A stretch of 64,000 nt of DNA. It comes from an uncultured Chloroflexia bacterium (GTDB lineage: Bacteria; Chloroflexota; Limnocylindria; Limnocylindrales; CSP1-4). Positions 55,378-64,000 of this stretch are shown piece after piece. Location: assembly GCA_963738475.1 (NCBI GenBank), contig CAVTWU010000017.1:341515-405514 (forward strand), written 5' to 3'. Position 1 is the stretch's first letter, and every line of letters starts with the position of its first letter. Below the pieces are notes generated by a model. That model was given only the letters and a program-made list of their open reading frames with translations, was not told the DNA's origin and ran no database searches. The position numbers and the translations under genes are program-made.

Positions 55378-56660
55378 ACGACGACCGGATCGAACGCGCG
55401 CTCGGCGCGGGTCCGCCCGACGAAGCGGCATACCGGGTGCGTGGTTCGGCGTTCTGGCGCGCTGCCACGCCGACCGACCCTGCCAGCTCGAGACATCGGA
55501 CTCCGGGCGACGGCGTGGACCAGGCGCCTCGCGACGCTGGCGCTCGGCTTGATCGCGCTGCTCGTGGCGGTCCAGCTGCTTCCGGCGACGAACGGGCCCG
55601 CAGCGCTGCCGCTCGGTGACTTCCCGATGTACAAGGGTGGCCCAGGGCGGACCGGCGAGGTCGGCGGACCGGCACCGATCGCTCCGGTCGGCACGATCTG
55701 GTCCGTCTCGATCCGTGGCACGACCGAGTCGAGTCCGGCGATCGCCGGCGGGGTCGCGTATGTCGTCGGAGGCGACCATCGCGCCCACGCGCTATCGATG
55801 GTGGACGGCGAGGAGTCGTGGGTCGTCCGAGGGTGCCGACCTACGTCGGATCCCCGGCCTATGCCGACGGGCTGATGTTCGTCCTGGGGCGCGACTTCTC
55901 CGTCTCGGCGCTCGACGCCGCCAGCGGCGCGCTGCGGTGGCGAAGCGGCGACTCGATCTACCCGCTCTCGAGTCCGCTCGTGCTGGACGGACTCGTGGTC
56001 GCCGGGACACCGGATGGCCTCGTCGCGTTCGATGCCGCCACGGGCACGACACGCTGGACGTTGCCGACCGGCGGCGGGATCGAGCGGTCGGCGGCCGGAG
56101 CGGACGGCATCGTCGTTGCCGGGAGCGACGACGGCGTCATCCATGTCATCGACGCGGCCACGGGCGTCGAGCGTTGGTCGCGTCCAGATCGCCACCGGAG
56201 CGTTCGCGACGCCGGTCATCCGGGATGGGGTGCTCTACGCGACGGCACCGACCGCCGAGGGCGACACGCTGTTCGCGTTGGATGTGTCGACCGGCGTCCA
56301 GCGCTGGGCGTTCCGATCCCCGTCAGGCCTGGGCTTCCGCACGCCGTCCGTGGACGCTGACGCCGCCTACGTCGGCACGGTCGGCGGTCCGACCTACGCG
56401 GTCTCGACCGCTGGAGGGTCGCTGCTCTGGACCAACGACGACGCGACCCTATCGGTGGCCGCCATCGCCATCGCAGGTGACGATCTCATCGCCTGCACGG
56501 AGGACCTCCGCGTCATCGCGTATCGATCGGCTGACCGGCTCCACGCACTGGAGTATCGCGATCGGCGGGCTGGCGGACGCGGGGACGGCCGTCGGCCAAC
56601 GGCCGCATCGTGGTGGCGACCAGCACCGGTGACATCCTCGCGCTCGGGACAGACCCGTGA
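55374..56660 (+). CDS. Membrane-anchored PQQ/BamB-like beta-propeller protein, putative anti-sigma (frameshifted)
   Basis: ATGA overlap with sigma; short cytoplasmic N-terminus, TM helix, PMYKGGPGRTG, repeated ALDxxTGxxRW. Confidence 0.75.
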
Positions 56661-56677
56661 CGAACCGGACCCGCGGC

Positions 56678-56704
56678 TGAGCGTTCCGGCCCGCGACGGC
56701 GTCG
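56678..56704 (+). promoter_or_regulatory. ECF-type promoter TGAGCG-N16-CGTCG (copy 2)
   Basis: Matches 54679-54705; lies upstream of the lipoprotein gene. Confidence 0.6.
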
Positions 56705-56761
56705 TACCGATCGACAGGCACGGATCCCATCCGGCTTCCGACCTGGGCCAGGAGAGCCGAC

Positions 56762-57931
56762 ATGTCCGTCCGTGCCGCAGCCATCCGTCTGCTCGTCTTC
56801 ACCGTCGCCGGCGCGCTGGCCGCGACGTCGTGTGGCGGCTCGGGGGCCACCATCGCGCCGTCGAGCCCGGTCGTTCGAAGCCTCCGACTACCCGATGTAC
56901 AAGGGCGGCCTCGGTCGCACCGGCGAAGCGGACGGGTCGGGCCCGTCCGGCCCGGCGAGTGGTCGCCTGGTCCGTCGAGACGACGGGCCGGATCGAATCC
57001 GGTCCGGCCATCGTCGATGGCGTCCTGTACATCGTGGCCGGCGATCGGACCGTCAGGGCCCTGGACAGCGCGACAGGCGAGGCGCGCTGGACCTCACCGG
57101 CGAAGGACTACGCCGGGTCTCCAGCCGTCGCTGGTGGTCAGGTCTACGTCGTCGGACGGGACTTCTCCGATCGCGGCCCTGTCGGCGACCGACGGACACG
57201 AGATCTGGCGCCAGCCGGGCACCTTCGACAAGGACGCCAGCCCGCTCCCGATCGATGACATGGTGGTCGGTGGCGGGACGAAGGGGCTGACGGCGTTCGA
57301 TGCCGAGACCGGCGCCGTCCGGTGGACGTACGCAACGGATGGTTCGATCGCCCATGCGCCGGCAGCGGCGGACGGGGTCGTCTATGTCGGCAGCGAGGAC
57401 GGCGTCCTGCATGCGATCGACGCGTCCAGCGGGACCGCGGTCTGGACACTCGACACGCACAGCACCCACTTCGCCACGACCGCGGTCCGCGATGGCGTGG
57501 TGTATGCGACGGCTCGTCGGACGACGACCGCGAAGTTGCTCGCCGTCGATGCCTCCGACGGTGCGACGATCTGGACGTTCAAGCCGCCGGCAGGGACCTT
57601 CCTGCGGTCGCCGTCGGTCGACGACGACACGGTCTACGTGAGCGCTGTCGATGGTGGGCTGTACGCCCTGTCAGCGAAGGATGGGGCCGTGACGTGGACG
57701 TTCGACGAAGCCATCGTCGGTGCGGCGCCCGCCGGGATCGCTGGCGAGATCGTGTACGTCCTCGCGAAGGATCTGAAGGTCTATGCGATCGATGCGAGCA
57801 AGTGGGTCCACGCTCTGGAGCGCGCGCGTTGGGCGGGCAGGTCGAGATCGGCACGACCATCGCCTCCGGGCATGCTCTTCGGCGGCACGACCGGCGGCGA
57901 GATCTTCGCGCTCGGGTCGGCAGCTCCCTGA
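56762..57931 (+). CDS. PQQ/BamB-like beta-propeller lipoprotein (frameshifted)
   Basis: Lipobox-like ATSC, PMYKGGLGRTG, repeated AxDAxxGxxxW. Confidence 0.78.
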   Translation: MSVRAAAIRLLVFTVAGALAATSCGGSGATIAPSSPVVRSLRLPDVQGRPRSHRRSGRVGPVRPGEWSPGPSRRRAGSNPVRPSSMASCTSWPAIGPSGPWTARQARRAGPHRRRTTPGLQPSLVVRSTSSDGTSPIAALSATDGHEIWRQPGTFDKDASPLPIDDMVVGGGTKGLTAFDAETGAVRWTYATDGSIAHAPAAADGVVYVGSEDGVLHAIDASSGTAVWTLDTHSTHFATTAVRDGVVYATARRTTTAKLLAVDASDGATIWTFKPPAGTFLRSPSVDDDTVYVSAVDGGLYALSAKDGAVTWTFDEAIVGAAPAGIAGEIVYVLAKDLKVYAIDASKWVHALERARWAGRSRSARPSPPGMLFGGTTGGEIFALGSAAP

Positions 57932-57935
57932 TGCG

Positions 57936-59584
57936 TCAGTCCAGCGTGACCCGCTCGTGCCAGTGCGGGACGTGGGTGGCGTAGCCCAGGTCGCGCACCT
58001 TGGGCTCCAGCGCGACCTGGGCCTCGGGGTCGCCGTGGACGAGGAAGACCTTGCGCGGGTAGCCCGGGATCGCCCGGCTGGCGGCCGGCCCCGAACGCCC
58101 GCAGCCAGTCGAGCAGCTCGCTCTCGTCCGCGTGGGCGGAGAAGCCGCTGATCGAGCGGACCTGGCAGCGGACGCGCCGGACCTGGCCGTCGAGCTTGAC
58201 CGTCTCGGCGCCGGCCTGGAGGTGCGCCCCCAGCGTGCCCTCGCCCTGGTAGCCGACGAACAGGATCGTCGCGGTCGGGTCGTCGATGAGGTTGCGCAGG
58301 TGGCCGACGACGCGGCCGCCGGTGAGCATCCCGTTGGACGCCACGATCATGTACGGCCGCGGCGCCCTGGCGATCGCCTGCGATGCCTTGTAGTCGCGCA
58401 CGACGATCTGGTTCGGGTAGTCCAGCGGCGACTCGCCGTCGCGCAGGAGCTTGGCCGTCTCCTCGTCGTAGTAGTCGGGGTGGTGGCGGTAGATGTCGGA
58501 CGCCTTCTGGGCCATCGGTGAGTCCAGGTAGAGCGGCAGGAGCGGGATCTCGCCGCGCTCGATGAGCCGGTCCAGCTCCCAGACGACCTCCTGCGTCCGC
58601 CCGATCGCGAACGACGGCACGAGCAGGACGCCGTCCGCCTCCGCGACCATCCGGATCGTCTCGGCCAGGATGCGGATCGCCTCGGCCTCCGGCTCGTGCT
58701 CGCGACCGCCGTAGGTGGACTCGACCAGGACGTAGTCGGCGCCGGTCATGACCGTCGGGTCGCGCAGGATCGGCGTGCCGGGCCGCCCGACGTCGCCCGA
58801 GAACACGATGACGCGCTCCTCGCCGCCGTCGTGCGTCCGTGACGCGGACCCGGATGATCGCCGAGCCGAGGATGTGGCCGGCATCGAGGAACGTGGCGTG
58901 GACGCCCGGGCGCCACCTCCAGCTCCTCGCCGTAGTGGACGGGCGAGAACTGCGGCAGGACGCGCCTCGGCGTCCTTGACCGTGTAGAGCGGCGCGTCGA
59001 GGTCGATGTCGATCGCGGCGGGCTGGGCGCGCAGCTCCGCCTCGGGGTCGCGCGGCCAGGAGTCGGGCGCCGTCGGCGTTCGGTCGGGCTCGATGGTCGT
59101 CGCGACGTGCTCGCCGGCCTCGGTCGCGCCGCCGGCCCGCCCAGGACCCCGTCCTCGCCGTCCTCGGCGAGGTCCAGGGCCGCCTGGTACGCGTCGGCCT
59201 GCTTGCGGTCGTCCGCGGCGACCTTGCTCCGGGTGGCGCTTCTCCCAGCGGGCGTCGCGCTTGGCGAACTCCTCGTGGAGATGCCCGGAGTCCAGCAGCA
59301 CGACCGTCGCCAGCTCCACGGTCCCGGCGGTGGCGTGGATCGGGCCGCGTGTAGCCCTCGCGGCCGAGGACCGGCAGCAGGCCGCAGTGGTCCAGGTGGG
59401 CGTGGGTCAGCAGCACGGCGTCCAGCTCCGACGGCTCGAAGTCGAACGGGATCCGGTTGCGGATCGACTCGTTGGGGCTGCCCTGGAACATGCCGCAGTC
59501 GATGAGGACGCGGGCCCGATCCGTGACGAGCAGGAACTGCGACCCGGTCACGGTGGTCGCGCCGCCGAGGAAGTGGATCTCCAT
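57936..59584 (-). CDS. MBL-fold beta-CASP metallo-nuclease (frameshifted)
   Basis: THAHLDHCG, AGHILGS, FSGD, ESTYG, FSAHAD and VHG motifs. Confidence 0.9.
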
Positions 59585-59630
59585 GCCCGCATGGTGACAG
59601 GCGCCGACCGTTGCCGCGTATCCTCGGGCC

Positions 59631-61217
59631 ATGGCGCGAGATGGCATCGAGGCGACAGAAGCGGCGTTCGCCGGGCTGCTGCGCGGCCTTCGGCGACCTG
59701 GTCGTGGCGCGGACGCGAGGCGCGCCCGCGGACCCGGCGGGCGGCTCCACGCGGGCCCTGGCCGGGCGCTATCGACGCCGACGCCGCGCCTTCGACGACA
59801 TCCTCGCGTCGACCGAGACGGACCGTGACGGGCGCGACCGCCGCGGACCGCGCCGCGCTCGACAACATGCGCGCCGCCCTCGAGTGGCTCGACGAGCTCG
59901 AGCCGACACCCGGCGCGCGCGCCGACGACCGGCGGCGCCGCCGACGAGGACGCGTCGATCCGATCGCTCCGGGCGTCGATGTACCGGCGCTACGGCGTCG
60001 CGGCGTCGAGCATCCGGGTCGGCGGCGAGACGATCGATCGGCTGACGGCCCTGGGCCGCCTCGGCAGCGAGCCGGATCCGGCGGCTCGTCGCGCGATCTT
60101 CGAGGCCATGGCCCCGGTCTGGCGGGCGGTGGACGGCGACGGCGGCGACGCCAGCCCGTATCGGCGGCTCGTCCGGGCGAGCGCCGCCCGCTGGGCCGAG
60201 CACGGCTCGACGATCGAGGCCAACGCGGTCGCCCTCGGGATGCCGCCCGGGACCGCCGAGGCGACGTTCCGCTCCATCCTGCGAGCGTGGCGCGAGGTGA
60301 TGGGTCCCGGCGAGCTGGAGCCGTGGGACTACCGGTTCGCGGTGGGCGCCGCGGGCCGACGACTGGACGCGCGCGTCCCGCAGGACCGCCTGCTGCCGCT
60401 GAACCACGCGTACCTCGCGACCCTCGGCGCGGCCCCGGCCGACCTCGACATCCGCTACGACGTCCTGCCACGGGACGGTCGCCCGGTCATCCCCGTGGCG
60501 TTCACGATCGGGACGGGGCTGGAGGCGGACCCGGCCTCCCCGACCGGCTGGCGCAACCGCTCGCCGTGGGTCTTCGCCACGTACGCCGAGGGTGGCGTCG
60601 GCAACCTGCAGGAGCTCCTCCACGAGAGCGGCCACGCCCTGGCGGCGGCCGGCCTCGCGACCCGTCCGGCCTTCAGCGAGTACCCGATGTCGTCCGCCGC
60701 GTTCCTCGAGGCCACCGCCGACATCCTGGGCTGGGACGTGACCGAACCCGCCTGGCAGCGGCGCTGGCTCGGCGACGCGGCCGAGCCCCGCGAGGCCCTC
60801 CTGGACCGGTACGGCAGCGTGATGCTCGACGTCTGCTGGGCGCTGTTCGAGATCGAGCTCCACCGGCATCCGGACCGCCGCCCGAACGACGTCTGGTCCG
60901 AGCTCGACCCACGAGGGCCTCGGCGTCGTCCCCCACCCCGAGTGGTCGTGGTGGGCCGTCCGCGGCCAGCTGATCGACGCGCCCGGCTACCTCGCCAACT
61001 ACGCGCTGTCGGCCATCGTCGCCGCCGCGGTCCGGGCGCGGATCCACGAGGTCCGCGGTCCGTGGTGGGACGGCGATCCGGGCTGGTTCGCGTTCGTCGT
61101 CGGAGGCCCTGTTCGCGCCGGGCGCCTCGCGCTCGCCGGCGGACCTGCTGCGCGACCTGCTCGGCGGCCCGCTCACGGCCGAACCGCTGCTCGCCGACCT
61201 CGCCGCGCGCCGGCTGA
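59631..61217 (+). CDS. Hypothetical zincin-like (M3/M2/M32-like) metallopeptidase (frameshifted)
   Basis: HESGH at 60621-60635, downstream FLEA and Y..NY motifs. Confidence 0.55.
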
Positions 61218-61878
61218 TGCGTGAGCGGTTCGACCTCCGGGCGGCGCTGCCGCGCCTACCCGGCCTGCTCGTGGGGCTGGTCCTGTTCGGGGTCGGCATC
61301 GGGATGATGGTCGAGTCCGGCCTCGGACTCGGGCCGTGGGAGGCGCTCCACCAGGGCCTCGCGGACCAGCTCGGCCTCCAGATCGGCACGGTCAGCATCC
61401 TGCTCGGGATCCCGATCCTGCTGCTGTGGTGGCCGCTGGGCGAACGGCCCGGCCTCGGGACGCTCCTCAACGTCGTCCTCATCGGCGCGTCGACGAACTG
61501 GGCGATCGCGATCATCCCCACGGCCGACACCGTCCCGACCCAGCTCCTGCTCATGATCGGCGGCGTCCTCGTCATCGGCCTCGGCAGCGCGACCTACCTC
61601 TCGGCGGACCTCGGACCGGGGCCGCGCGACGGCCTGATGACCGGCCTGCACCATCGATTCGGCTGGTCCATCCGGCGGGCGCGGACCGCCATCGAGCTCA
61701 TCGTGCTCGTCATCGGCTGGGCGCTCGGCGGGACGATCGGCCTCGGGGACCGGTCGTGTTCGCGCTCGGGATCGGGCCGGTCATCCAGGTCTTCCTGCGC
61801 GTCGTCGGACCGCGACGACCGGGTCGGGCCGGCGGCGGCGGCGCCCGGCTCGAAGCCGAGGGCGTCCTCGGCGAGTGA
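61217..61878 (+). CDS. YczE/YyaS/YitT-family membrane protein
   Basis: LGLGPWEALHQG and LGPGPRDGLMTGL motifs. Confidence 0.85.
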
Positions 61879-61896
61879 CGCTCCGGCGGCGAGCGC

Positions 61897-63791
<1,895 letters not shown>

Positions 63792-63887
63792 GAGGCGGCC
63801 ATTCTATCGCGCGCGACCACGAGGAGGACCCGGCGGCACGCTCGACGGGCCACCGGCGCTTCCGGGCGTCGGCGGTACATTGTCGGC

Positions 63888-64000
63888 ATGCCACGGATCC
63901 ACAGGGGCGCGAGCCTCCTCGGCGCGCTCCTGCTCGTCGCCGCCTGCGCCGGGCCGGCATCCCCTGGCTCCAGCGCGACGCCTGCCGCATCGCCGGCGAC
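63888..64000 (+). CDS. Partial lipoprotein-like gene at the window edge
   Basis: TACATT -10 lies 6 nt before ATG; hydrophobic stretch with VAAC lipobox (needs a frameshift). Confidence 0.4.
   Translation, partial: MPRIHRGASLLGALLLVAACAGPASPGSSATPAASPA

Overview
64 kb of very GC-rich bacterial chromosome. It is probably Chloroflexota (Limnocylindria-like); this is an inference from gene style, not a database result. Many genes are broken by single-base frameshifts scattered evenly across housekeeping genes, which looks like uncorrected long-read error rather than pseudogenisation, so CDS boundaries below join several ORF-track fragments and are approximate. Content: tRNA-Gly(TCC); RhlE-type DEAD-box helicase; a glycogen/alpha-glucan cluster (glgA, glgP, GH57, GntR, GH13); DUF885, GNAT, amidohydrolase and LysA-like genes; two ECF sigma modules; three Tad pilin-like genes; Ni-SOD (sodN/sodX); two F420-type LLM oxidoreductases; MarR-MFS; LOG; xth; an MttB-isomerase-kinase operon; a beta-CASP nuclease; a fused CtaA-CtaB. 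Leaderless promoters (TANNNT 6-8 nt before the start codon) are pervasive. Best candidates for something new: (1) a tandem-HNH gene with a LexA-like box at its promoter whose stop codon lies inside the 5' end of tRNA-Gly; (2) an uncharacterised Pol-beta-like nucleotidyltransferase paired with a HAD phosphatase; (3) a ~165-nt rod-shaped ncRNA candidate (6S-like) between convergent genes; (4) a nucleotidyltransferase plus small-partner TA-like pair; (5) a non-pyrrolysine MttB clustered with sugar isomerase and kinase genes. I saw no CRISPR array, integrase or transposase.
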